Shown piece after piece: positions 39,469 to 48,856 of a DNA stretch of 64,000 nucleotides. The position numbers and the translations under genes were made by a program. The first letter of the stretch is position 1, and each line of letters begins with the position of its first letter. The stretch lies in assembly GCA_037441385.1 (NCBI GenBank), contig JBBISH010000002.1, positions 108,397 to 172,396 of the forward strand, read 5' to 3'. A model generated the notes under the pieces. It did no database searches. It was not told where the DNA came from and was given only the letters and a program-made list of their open reading frames with translations. This stretch comes from Myxococcales bacterium (GTDB lineage: Bacteria; Myxococcota_A; UBA9042).

Positions 39469-42318
39469 CTACAGCTGGTCAACGGTCCAGGGCGCCTCCA
39501 GCTCGTGCAACTGCGCGGAGAACGAGGCAAATTTGGCATCCACTTCGGAATTGTGGATCGCCGCCAGCACCTTGATGCGCTTCTTGCCGTGGTTCTCGCT
39601 GCGCGCCACGACAAACCCTTGCTCGCGGAAAATCTGCAGCGCGTTGGTCAAGTTGACCTTGCTGATGGCCTCGTAGCACTCGACGTGCCCCAGGTCGAAG
39701 GCCTTCTGCGCGTCGATCTGCACGCGGTCCAAGAAGGCTGTCTCGGGCAGTGGCCCGCCCTCTAGGTGGCGGAGCGAGCGCGCCATCAGCGCGTACGACT
39801 CGATAAAGCTTTGCAGTAGGCGCGCATACAGTCGCAGGGCACCGCGCACCAGGCTCGCCACCACCAGGTTGCCGTCGCCGCGGCGGATCAGCCAACCGGC
39901 GGCCACAAAGTCGTCCAAGGTCCGCGTGTACAGGTCTTCAAAGCTTTGACCCGGCTCGTAGACGAATTCGAATTTCAGCAGGCGCGACAAGAACTTGGTC
40001 AGCGACGCCAGCATGTCCGGCGGAATCTCGTTGCCGCCTTGCAGCTTGGCCACCGTGGCGCAGGCCAGCAAGGCTTCGGGCACCAGGAGGTGCAACATGT
40101 TGTTCTTGTAGTAGTCCAGGTGCATGCGCCCTTCGGAGCGGACGATGTACACGGCCTCGCCGCCAAAGTCGCGGCGCAAGATCCAGCGCGCCCCCTCGAA
40201 CAAATCCAAGGCCTTGCCCACAATGGGCGCCACGGCCGCACCCAGCACACGCGCGCGCTCGCTCTGGACGCCAAAGGGATCAGGGGCGCCCTCGGCCTCT
40301 AGGTAGCGGGCCTGATCGCGGGTCTCGGCCTCCAAGATCGCCTGGCGCCGGACCTGCACGGCGGTCACCAAGGGCTCGGACAAGACGGCGCCGCGACGCA
40401 TGGCCAGGTCGAGTAAGTAGCCAACCCGCAACAACAAATCTTGGTGCAGGATGCCTTTGTGGGCCTTGGTCAGCAGCACCGCGGCGGTCAGCGCGGTCGG
40501 AGTCAACACCGCGGCCTGGTTGATGCGGCCCAGGATGCGGTAGCCGCACACTTTCAGAGCGCGTTCAAAGGCCTTGGGATCGCGCTCGTCCGCTGGCGCC
40601 AGCGCGCCGTGCTCGTCCAGCAGGTCGCGGACCGACATCGGTTCGCCAAACTGGATGCGGATGCGCCCGTACTTGTGGACCAGCACGCTGGTGGCCTTGA
40701 GCACCTCGACCGGAGATTCAGCCTTTTTTTCGCCGCCTTCTAGCTCCTTGCGGTAGGACTTCTCTTCGATCAGGCGCTCGTAGCCAAAATTGGTGGGGAC
40801 CAGCACGACGTCGTCGCGCAGCCCATCGGCCACCGTCTCGAGCACGTGCTTGATGAGCCCGAACTTGGGCGGCAGCAGCTTGCCGGTGCGCGAGCGCCCG
40901 CCTTCGGGGAAGAACTCGATCCAGTGGCCGTCGGCGAGCAGCTTGCGAAAATAGTGTCGAAATACGGCGCCATAGATCGGCTGCCCCTGAAACGACCGCC
41001 GCAGGAAGAAGGCACCGGCATGGCGAAACAACGGCCCCAGCGGAAAGAACGACAGGTTGGCACCGGCGGCAATGTGCGGTGGGATCAGGCCGTGGCGATA
41101 AAAGACATACGAAATCACGAGATAGTCGATGTGCGACTTGTGGCTCGGCACCATCACCACCGGCGCCGTGCGGCCGGCTTGGCGGACCCGCTCCAGCCCC
41201 TCTTCGTCGACTTCCAGGCCTTCGTAGATGCGCGCCCACAAAAAGGTCAGCATGAACGAGAAGGCCGCGACCATGCCCATGCGATAGCGGGCGGCGATCT
41301 CGTTCAGGTTTTGGTCGGCCTCGCGCAAGACGCTCTCTAGCGGTCGCCCCAGTTCGGTGGCGATGCGCTGCAGATCTTCGCGCACCGCTGGGTCGGCCAA
41401 GATCTCGGCGCGCAACTCGTCGGGCTGCTTGATGGGCGCCCCACGGACCACGCGGTCTTCTTGCTGCAGGGCCGCGACGATGCACAGCCGGAGTTGCTCG
41501 CTCAGCACCGTGTCGTCGCTGACTTCGGCGTGTTCATCCATAAAAGCGCGCAGGTTGATGGCATCCGCCATGCGCACGTGCGCGCGGCGGTGATTCAGAA
41601 CAAAGCTCACCAACTTGCGAATTCGGCCCGGCGCGGTGAAGTCGCCAAAGAACTCGTCCAGGATCGACGACTTGGCCCGATCCGGATCGCGTTCCCACAC
41701 CAGCACCTGCGGCACGATCAGCAGCGGGTAGTCCAGCTCACGTTGGGTGGCGATCAACTCGCGCAAATAGGGCAATTGCGGCCGCGGCGTCAGCAAGTCC
41801 AGCAGCGAAAAGCCGCGCCGCAAGAACAACGTCACTGGCTCGCGCCGCCGGAGTAGACCGCGCAGCAGTTGATCCTCGGGCAGCTGCGGTTGGCGCAGCA
41901 CGCGCCGGCGGAACCAACCCACCAGGGCCCGTCGCCATGGCTGCGTCCAGGTCAGCGACACACCGTTGGCAAACCGGGAGAGCGGAAGTTTCTCGCGCAA
42001 ATAGAGCCAGTTGAAGTACAGATAGTCGAGCAGGCTGATGGTGCCCATCACCACCACCAGCGCTCCTTCGCGCGACAAGGCCTGCCAGTCGCTGCTGTAG
42101 CGCGCAGGTACCCGCACAGGCGCAAAAAACACGCGGGCAAACCAACGGGCCAGCCAACCCAGTTGTGGCTGCATCGCCGATGGGTGCACAAGATCGCGGG
42201 GTTGCAGCTGGTCAGCCGCGGGCTGGATCGGCACGCCCACGGGCGTCATGGCGGCGCGCGGGCCGGGAGCGGGCACGGCAACCGGATCCTGGGGTTGGTG
42301 GGGCGGCACGTCGGACAT
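39469..42318 (-). CDS. plsB: Glycerol-3-phosphate O-acyltransferase PlsB
   Basis: PSHKSHIDY (HxxxxD), AAGANL, GAFFLRRSF, FFPEGGRSRTGK. Confidence 0.9.
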   Translation of the reverse strand: MSDVPPHQPQDPVAVPAPGPRAAMTPVGVPIQPAADQLQPRDLVHPSAMQPQLGWLARWFARVFFAPVRVPARYSSDWQALSREGALVVVMGTISLLDYLYFNWLYLREKLPLSRFANGVSLTWTQPWRRALVGWFRRRVLRQPQLPEDQLLRGLLRRREPVTLFLRRGFSLLDLLTPRPQLPYLRELIATQRELDYPLLIVPQVLVWERDPDRAKSSILDEFFGDFTAPGRIRKLVSFVLNHRRAHVRMADAINLRAFMDEHAEVSDDTVLSEQLRLCIVAALQQEDRVVRGAPIKQPDELRAEILADPAVREDLQRIATELGRPLESVLREADQNLNEIAARYRMGMVAAFSFMLTFLWARIYEGLEVDEEGLERVRQAGRTAPVVMVPSHKSHIDYLVISYVFYRHGLIPPHIAAGANLSFFPLGPLFRHAGAFFLRRSFQGQPIYGAVFRHYFRKLLADGHWIEFFPEGGRSRTGKLLPPKFGLIKHVLETVADGLRDDVVLVPTNFGYERLIEEKSYRKELEGGEKKAESPVEVLKATSVLVHKYGRIRIQFGEPMSVRDLLDEHGALAPADERDPKAFERALKVCGYRILGRINQAAVLTPTALTAAVLLTKAHKGILHQDLLLRVGYLLDLAMRRGAVLSEPLVTAVQVRRQAILEAETRDQARYLEAEGAPDPFGVQSERARVLGAAVAPIVGKALDLFEGARWILRRDFGGEAVYIVRSEGRMHLDYYKNNMLHLLVPEALLACATVAKLQGGNEIPPDMLASLTKFLSRLLKFEFVYEPGQSFEDLYTRTLDDFVAAGWLIRRGDGNLVVASLVRGALRLYARLLQSFIESYALMARSLRHLEGGPLPETAFLDRVQIDAQKAFDLGHVECYEAISKVNLTNALQIFREQGFVVARSENHGKKRIKVLAAIHNSEVDAKFASFSAQLHELEAPWTVDQL

Positions 42319-42417
42319 GGCCCGATCTTGAGCCGAACGCACTGCCCGTGCAAGCGCGTGCAATTTCCCCTGCCCCTGCGCTACAACACGCTCCGGCAAC
42401 CGCCGCGGCGGGGAGCG

Positions 42418-43299
42418 ATGCTGCGGGCGAGCGATCACTACCAAGAACTGCGCATGGGTCGCCGCGGGTTGTGGCTGGCGGGCATCTCGCTGGACGGCGA
42501 CGTGCGCCGCGGCGTGGGCGTGGCGTGCGACGAGCGGCGCGCGCTGCGTTCGCATAGCAACCTTCTGTGTAGCCAAGAGCTTGCGCTATGTCTGGGTTTG
42601 CGTCGCGGCCTTTTCGTGCCGTGGCAGCAGACGCTGATCTTGGGCAAGCTCGCGGTGGCGCTCAGTCCGGCGGGCGCGGGTCCGGGATCGGCACTCGCTC
42701 GACTGCACGCGGGCGGCACGGATTGGCTCGACGCTAGGGCCGTATGTCTGGATGACTTCTTGGGGTTTGCGCCGGCCGCCGTGCCCGAAGCCGCGGTGGT
42801 GGTCCTGGATGGTCGGCGGGCTGGCGAGGCGTGGGCCAGCGCGGCGCAGCTGCACCAGTGGGTCGCCGGGTTGCCGGACGGGGCACGTCTGGCGCTGGAC
42901 GACGCACTTTTGGCTTGGGCGGCGGCCAATGCTCTGCAAGCGGCGGGCCGAGCCTGGCGGACCACTCCCACGTTGCGGCGCGCTTGGCGCGGACGGTTGG
43001 GCGCGCGGGCGGCCCTGCCCAGCCACCGCCAGGCAACGCTGACCCTGGGCCTTGCCCACGAAGCCAGGATGGATCCAGACTATTTTGCCGGCGACCCCCT
43101 CGATGCGCCGGCCGGCGTGCGGCACACGCTGGCGGTGACTCGGCGGCTGCACGGCGACCAGGCCCGCGCGGTGGTTCAAGCGAGCGGCGCACGCGTAGTG
43201 GTGGCCGTGGGCGGCAACGGCGAGGCACTGGCCCAGCAACTACCTGAACAGCAAGTGATTGTTCTGCGCCCGCTGGCCCAGCCGCTGCTTGTCGACTAG
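42418..43299 (+). CDS. Hypothetical protein, possibly a degenerate MBL/beta-CASP fold
   Basis: GLWLAGISLDG N-terminus and LSPAGAGPGSA resembling PAGHxxGSA; metal-binding His residues absent. Confidence 0.4.
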   Translation: MLRASDHYQELRMGRRGLWLAGISLDGDVRRGVGVACDERRALRSHSNLLCSQELALCLGLRRGLFVPWQQTLILGKLAVALSPAGAGPGSALARLHAGGTDWLDARAVCLDDFLGFAPAAVPEAAVVVLDGRRAGEAWASAAQLHQWVAGLPDGARLALDDALLAWAAANALQAAGRAWRTTPTLRRAWRGRLGARAALPSHRQATLTLGLAHEARMDPDYFAGDPLDAPAGVRHTLAVTRRLHGDQARAVVQASGARVVVAVGGNGEALAQQLPEQQVIVLRPLAQPLLVD

Positions 43300-43326
43300 C
43301 GGCGGCCCCGCACCAAGGAGAAAGCG

Positions 43327-44367
43327 ATGACGAGTCCGATGATCGGCGTGGTGACCAACCCCAACTCGCGCAAGAATCGCCTGAACCCGGGTCGCTACGA
43401 GCAAATGCGCGAGACGGTGGGGCCGCTGGGGCTGGTGCGCCGCACCCAAGACGTCACGTCGATCGCCGAGGTTGTCCGCGAGTTCCTGGACGTGGGCGTG
43501 CGCTACTTTGTGGCCGATGGCGGCGACGGCGCCTTCCACTGGTTGATGAATGTCGTCAGGGAGGTCCTCGCCGAGCGACCGGGCACAACCTGGCCGGCGA
43601 TTCTGCCGACCAACGCCGGTACCATTGACTTCATCGGTCGCAAGGCCGGCGTGGTGGGCCATTGCGACACCCTGTTGCCGGCGTTGGTGCGGCGCATCCG
43701 CCAGGGCGACCTGCCCAGTACCGTGGATCTGACCACCTGTCACCTGCGCGGCGTGTACGGCCCCGACGCGGATCGACCCGGTAAACCGTTTGAGAAGCTG
43801 GGGTTTGCTTGCGCCCTGGCCGGAGTGGCACAGCGGTTTTTCGACAAGTTCTACGCTGGCGATCAGCAGGACGCCGCCGGCATCGCCATGTTGGTGGGCA
43901 AGATCATCCTGTCGCAGGCGACCCGGGCGGTGCCCCTGAAATGGCTGCCCATTCCTGTGGAATTTCGCTATTTTGCCGAGCCCGTCTTCGATCCGCTACC
44001 CGCAAAGGTGTGGCTCGACGGCGAGTTGTTGCCAATTCCGCTGTATCGGGACCTGGACGTGGGCTCGATCGACATCAACTTGGCCAACGTTTTCCGCTGT
44101 TTCCCCTACGCGGCTGAGGGCCGGTTGCTCCACGTCCAATGTGGCGACATCAGCGCCCCCGAGATCGTGCGCAACTTGCCGCGGGTGTTTGCCGGCAAGA
44201 CCATGGAAGTCGAAGGGTTCGTGCAGCAGCGCGCCCAGTCGCTCAAGGTCGTGCCGCTGCAGGGCCGCGCGCTGGACCCGGTGATCGACGGCGAACTGTT
44301 CTGGGGCCTGACCGAGCTGGAAGTCACCGTTGGGCCACAGGTTCCCGTGGTGCAGCTGGTCGCCTGA
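43327..44367 (+). CDS. Diacylglycerol/lipid kinase family protein
   Basis: VTNPNS, GGDG, AGTIDFI, IDGE; AAGGAG RBS. Confidence 0.8.
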   Translation: MTSPMIGVVTNPNSRKNRLNPGRYEQMRETVGPLGLVRRTQDVTSIAEVVREFLDVGVRYFVADGGDGAFHWLMNVVREVLAERPGTTWPAILPTNAGTIDFIGRKAGVVGHCDTLLPALVRRIRQGDLPSTVDLTTCHLRGVYGPDADRPGKPFEKLGFACALAGVAQRFFDKFYAGDQQDAAGIAMLVGKIILSQATRAVPLKWLPIPVEFRYFAEPVFDPLPAKVWLDGELLPIPLYRDLDVGSIDINLANVFRCFPYAAEGRLLHVQCGDISAPEIVRNLPRVFAGKTMEVEGFVQQRAQSLKVVPLQGRALDPVIDGELFWGLTELEVTVGPQVPVVQLVA

Positions 44368-45753
44368 TCAATCGAGCGGCAGCAGCGACGCCGTAAAGCC
44401 GCGCAGGACGTCGCGCTGCTCGACGATGCGATAGCCCTTGAGTTGATCACGGTTGGCCCACACGGCACCCACCACTTCGATCAGGTAGTCCATGTGGCTC
44501 TGGGTATAGGTGCGGCGCGGGAAGGTCAGGCGCACCAGCTCCAAGTTGGCCGTGAAGTCGTGGTGCCCGTCCGGATCGGGCCGGCCGAACATCAGCGTGC
44601 CCACCTCGACACCGCGCACACCGCCCTCGACATACATCGCGTTGACCAGCGAAACGCCTGGGTATTGCCAGCCCGGGATGTGCGGCGCAAAGGCCGCGGC
44701 GTCGATGTAGACCGCGTGGCCGCCCGGTGGCCGCATCATCGGCACGCCCATCTGGTCAAGCCGATCAAAGACGTAGCGCACCGACGCGTGGCGATAGGCC
44801 AAATAGTCTTCGTCCAGCACTTCTTGCAGACCCTGGGCCAACGCCTCTAGGTCGCGGCCCGCCAGCCCGCCGTAGGTGGGAAAGCCTTCGGTCAAGATGA
44901 GGCGGGTACGACAGCGCTCGGCCAGTTCGGGGTCGTTCAGACCGAGCAGCCCGCCGATGTTGACCAGGCCGTCCTTCTTGGCCGACATGGTGAAGCCGTC
45001 GCACAAGCTGAAGCACTCGCGGGCGATGTCGGCGGCGCTGCGATCGCCCTGCCCTGGCTCGCGCATCTTGATCAGCCAGGCATTTTCGGCAAAGCGCGCA
45101 GCATCCAAGAACAGCGGCACGCCGAACTCGTCGCACAACGCCCGCACCGCCCGCAGATTGCCCAGGCTGACCGGCTGGCCGCCGCCGCGGTTGTTGGTGA
45201 TGGTGACGAGCACCAGCGGCACGTCCGCACCGCGATCCGCCAGCAAACGCCCCAACTTGCGTACGTCGAGATCGCCCTTGAACGGCATATCGGTGCGCGG
45301 ATCGCTGGCGCCGTCGTAGAGCAGATCGACCGCCTGGGCGCCCACGAACTCCACGTTGGCGCGGGTGGTGTCAAAATGCGAGTTCGAGGGCACGACCTGG
45401 CCCTCTTTGCACAGCGTGGTGAACAGGATGTGCTCAGCTGCGCGGCCCTGGTGGGTGGGGATGACGTACTGCACGCCGGTCAAATCGCGGACCACCTTTT
45501 CGAGCTTGTAGAATGAGCGCGCACAGGCATAGGTCTCGTCGCCGATCATCATGGCCGCCCACTGCGCCGCACTCATCGCGCCGGTGCCCGAGTCGGTGAG
45601 CAGATCGATGAGCACGCTCTCTGCATGGAGCTTGAACACGTTCCAGTTGGCGTCTTCGATGGCGGCCTGGCGCTGGCTGCGGGTGGTCATCCCCAGGGGC
45701 TCGACCGACTTGATGCGAAAGGGTTCGATGATGGTGTTGAAACGGTGCTCCAC
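44368..45753 (-). CDS. tnaA: Tryptophanase-family PLP beta-eliminating lyase (alternative start 45792)
   Basis: EPFRIKSVE, DLLTDSGT, HQGRAAE, FDTTR, DAARFAEN, MSAKKD (PLP Lys), EGFPTYGG, GGHAVY, PRRTY. Confidence 0.85.
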   Translation of the reverse strand: MEHRFNTIIEPFRIKSVEPLGMTTRSQRQAAIEDANWNVFKLHAESVLIDLLTDSGTGAMSAAQWAAMMIGDETYACARSFYKLEKVVRDLTGVQYVIPTHQGRAAEHILFTTLCKEGQVVPSNSHFDTTRANVEFVGAQAVDLLYDGASDPRTDMPFKGDLDVRKLGRLLADRGADVPLVLVTITNNRGGGQPVSLGNLRAVRALCDEFGVPLFLDAARFAENAWLIKMREPGQGDRSAADIARECFSLCDGFTMSAKKDGLVNIGGLLGLNDPELAERCRTRLILTEGFPTYGGLAGRDLEALAQGLQEVLDEDYLAYRHASVRYVFDRLDQMGVPMMRPPGGHAVYIDAAAFAPHIPGWQYPGVSLVNAMYVEGGVRGVEVGTLMFGRPDPDGHHDFTANLELVRLTFPRRTYTQSHMDYLIEVVGAVWANRDQLKGYRIVEQRDVLRGFTASLLPLD

Positions 45754-46002
45754 GGCAACCTCGGCACGCTGGCGATAGGTGGCATCCTGCACGAGCTACG
45801 GTGTCGGTGCGGGTAGGCCGAATCATCGACCGCACTGGCCAAGGGCGGAAGGGGGCAGAACGCCCCATCGTCACCGACTTGTCGCACGATCTGCCTGGCA
45901 AATCCGTGTGACCAAGGGGGTGCCGCAGCCCATGACTGGACCCCGACACCTGCGACCCGCTACCCTGGCGGCCGGCCGCCACACCGCAGCCGCGGAAGTC
46001 CT

Positions 46003-48561
46003 GTGTCGCAGTCCCAGCCCAAGTTCCCCGAGCTGCTCGCGCCGGCGGGCGACGCTGATGCCCTGGCGGCGGCCCTGCAAGCCGGCGCCGACGCGGTCTA
46101 TTTTGGCCTGGACGACGGTCTGAATGCCCGCGCCCGTGCCGCCAACTTTGCCCTGGCCGAGCTGCCCCATACCTGCGCGCGCATCCACCGCGCCGGTGCC
46201 CTGGCCTACCTGACCTTGAACACTGTGGTCTTCGAGAACGAATTGCCGTTCTTGGAGTCGGTGTTGCGGCAAGTGGCGGCGGCCGGGGTGGACGCCGTGA
46301 TCGTTCAGGATCCCGCGGTCGCGCTGCTGTGCCGGGCGCTTGCGCCGACGCTGCATGTGCACGCGTCGACCCAAATGACGGTGTCCAGCCCTGAAGCGAG
46401 CCAATTCGCTGCGCAATTGGGCGTGATGCGCGTGGTGGTGCCGCGCGAGCTGAGCCTGCCCGAGATCGCCCAGATGGCGCAGAAGACGCCGCTGGAGCTC
46501 GAAGTCTTCGTACATGGCGCACTGTGCGTGTCCTGGTCGGGGCAGTGCCTGACCAGCGAGGCGTGGGGCGGTCGCTCGGCCAATCGCGGCCAGTGCGCGC
46601 AGTCGTGCCGAATGCCTTACGAACTGCTGGTCGATGGCGAGCGGCGCGACCTGGGCGACCTGCGCTACCTGCTCTCGCCCCTAGACCTCAGCGGCCTAGC
46701 GCATGTTCCCGAGTTGGCGCGGCTGGGTGTGGCCGGGCTCAAGATCGAAGGGCGGCAGAAAGCGGCGCACTACGTGCAGACCGCTGTGGCGGCCTACCGG
46801 CGCCAACTCGATCACCTGGCCAAGGGCCATAGCGTGCCGGCGGGCCTGGTTCACGCCGATCAGACGACCATGGCGCTGTCGTATAGCCGCGGACTTTCGC
46901 ATGGCTTTCTGACAGGACCGCAACACCAGCGCACGGTCGAGGGGCGGTTCCCCAAACACCGCGGCGTGTTGTTGGGTCAGGTTGCCGAAGTGCGCGGCGC
47001 GGCGTTGAAGATCGTGCGCGCAGTTCGCGAGGGTGACCAGGCGCAAATACCGCAAGTGCGCGCGGGCATGGGCATCGGTATCGATTTGGGCCGGCCCGAA
47101 AGCGATGAACCCGGCGGGCCGCTTTTCGGCGTGGAAGGCACCGCGGACGGCTGGTGGCTGCGGCTGGGGCAAGGCGCGCAAGCGGTGGACGTGCGGCAAG
47201 TGCAGCCGGGTCATCGGGTTTGGCTCACGCAGGATCCGACCATCGCGCGCGAAACCGACAAACTGGTGGCGGCACCGGCGCCCGAGGGCCGTATTCCACT
47301 GGCCGTGGTGGTCAGCGGCCAAGTGGGTCAGGCGCTGCAGGTGCGCTGGACGGCCAAGGGCCCAGTGGGGCGCGACGTGGCGGTGCAGGCGCAGAGCGCG
47401 ATGGACCTGCAGCCGGCCGCGGCAGCGGGCCTGGACGCGGCGATGCTGCAAGACAAATTGCTGTCCTTGGGCGGCACGCCTTTCCGTTGCCGCGACTTGC
47501 AGATCGACGGGTTGGCGGGGGGCCTGCACCTGCCCGTATCCGAGCTCAAGCGCTTGCGCCGCGAGTTGGCGTCCGCCCTGGAGCAGAACATCCACGCGGC
47601 CCACCGCCACGCCACCCACCCAGAACCCATCGCAGAGCAGGTCCGGCAGCAGGCCGCGGCCCTGCACGCCCGCCGACCGTGGCCCAAGCACGACCAGGCC
47701 CAACTCCTGCCGCTTGTGCGCAGCGAGGCCCAGCTCGAGGCCGTGATCGAGGCCGGACTGCCCAAAGTCGCGCTGGATTGGATGGAGCTGGTGGGGCTGA
47801 CCCGCGCCGTCGATCGCGCCCGTGCAGCGGGATTGCAGGTGGTCCTGGCCACGCCGCGGATCCAAAAGCCCGGGGAAGAGGGCTTTGACCGGCGCTTGGC
47901 GCGTCTGCAGCCCGATGGCGTGCTGGTTCGCCATTGGGGCGGATTGATGCATTTTGCCACACTGGCACAACCTCCGCAGATTCACGGCGATTTCAGCCTA
48001 AATGTTACGAATTCTGTCACCGCCCACCACTTGTGGTCCCTGGGCGCCGACACCTTGTGTGCGGCCCACGATCTGGATGTGGCGCAGTTGCACCACCTGC
48101 TCGATCACGTGCCGGCCGAGCGGATCGAGGTGGTGATCCACCACCACATCGCCACGTTCCACACCGAGCACTGCGTCTATGCCCATGTGTTGAGCGAGGG
48201 CCAGGACTATCGCAGCTGCGGCCGGCCGTGCGAACAGCACACCCTGAGCCTGCAGGACCACCAGGGCCGCGCCCATCCGGTCATCGTCGACGTGGGTTGC
48301 CGCAACACGGTGTTCAACGCCCAGGCGCAATCGGCCGCTGGCGCGGTCGCCGGCCTGCGCAGGCGCGGTGTGCAGCACTTCCGCGTGGAATTCGTGCGCG
48401 AAGACCACGCCACGACCCTGGCTGTGCTGCGTGCCTACCAGGCCCTGCTCGCCGGTTCACTGTCGGCCAAGGCGCTCCTTGGCCAAATCGGCGTACACGA
48501 GCAATTTGGCGTCACTTCGGGGACCATGCGCGCCATGGAGAGCCGCGATGGCAAGCTCTGA
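46003..48561 (+). CDS. U32 family Fe-S hydroxylase (RlhA-like, with DUF3656-type region)
   Basis: ELLAPAG, GADAVYFG, HASTQ, RELS, EVFVHGALCVSWSGQC, NRGQCAQSCR, KIEGR; 852 aa with C-terminal EHCV..CGRPC..GCRN. Confidence 0.9.
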   Translation: MSQSQPKFPELLAPAGDADALAAALQAGADAVYFGLDDGLNARARAANFALAELPHTCARIHRAGALAYLTLNTVVFENELPFLESVLRQVAAAGVDAVIVQDPAVALLCRALAPTLHVHASTQMTVSSPEASQFAAQLGVMRVVVPRELSLPEIAQMAQKTPLELEVFVHGALCVSWSGQCLTSEAWGGRSANRGQCAQSCRMPYELLVDGERRDLGDLRYLLSPLDLSGLAHVPELARLGVAGLKIEGRQKAAHYVQTAVAAYRRQLDHLAKGHSVPAGLVHADQTTMALSYSRGLSHGFLTGPQHQRTVEGRFPKHRGVLLGQVAEVRGAALKIVRAVREGDQAQIPQVRAGMGIGIDLGRPESDEPGGPLFGVEGTADGWWLRLGQGAQAVDVRQVQPGHRVWLTQDPTIARETDKLVAAPAPEGRIPLAVVVSGQVGQALQVRWTAKGPVGRDVAVQAQSAMDLQPAAAAGLDAAMLQDKLLSLGGTPFRCRDLQIDGLAGGLHLPVSELKRLRRELASALEQNIHAAHRHATHPEPIAEQVRQQAAALHARRPWPKHDQAQLLPLVRSEAQLEAVIEAGLPKVALDWMELVGLTRAVDRARAAGLQVVLATPRIQKPGEEGFDRRLARLQPDGVLVRHWGGLMHFATLAQPPQIHGDFSLNVTNSVTAHHLWSLGADTLCAAHDLDVAQLHHLLDHVPAERIEVVIHHHIATFHTEHCVYAHVLSEGQDYRSCGRPCEQHTLSLQDHQGRAHPVIVDVGCRNTVFNAQAQSAAGAVAGLRRRGVQHFRVEFVREDHATTLAVLRAYQALLAGSLSAKALLGQIGVHEQFGVTSGTMRAMESRDGKL

Positions 48562-48856
48562 CCCGCCACAAGCTACTGCAACTGCACGCGATTCACGGCG
48601 CCGCATTGATGCCATCGACGCTCGGCTCGTAGCCCTTTTGGCCGAGCGGGCGGCGGTCGTGCGCGCGATTTGGGACGAGAAAGAACGCCGCGGGGCGCCT
48701 CTGCGCGATCCGCAGCGCGAAGCGGCGATCCAGGCCGACTTGGTGGAGCTGGCGCGGCAGCACGGCTTGGACCCCACGGCTGTCGCGACGATCTTTGCCC
48801 ACATTGTCGGCGTGGACCTGCACACCGGCCGGCGCGCGGATCAGCCCGCCACGTAG
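48548..48856 (+). CDS. Chorismate mutase type II (AroQ-like), monofunctional
   Basis: RRRIDAIDARLVALLAER...K......RDPQRE; start overlaps the U32 gene end by 14 bp. Confidence 0.8.
   Translation: MASSDPPQATATARDSRRRIDAIDARLVALLAERAAVVRAIWDEKERRGAPLRDPQREAAIQADLVELARQHGLDPTAVATIFAHIVGVDLHTGRRADQPAT

Noticed and set aside
45754..46002. TnaC-like leader peptide
   Set aside because: No short Trp-containing ORF ending in Pro-stop upstream of the lyase
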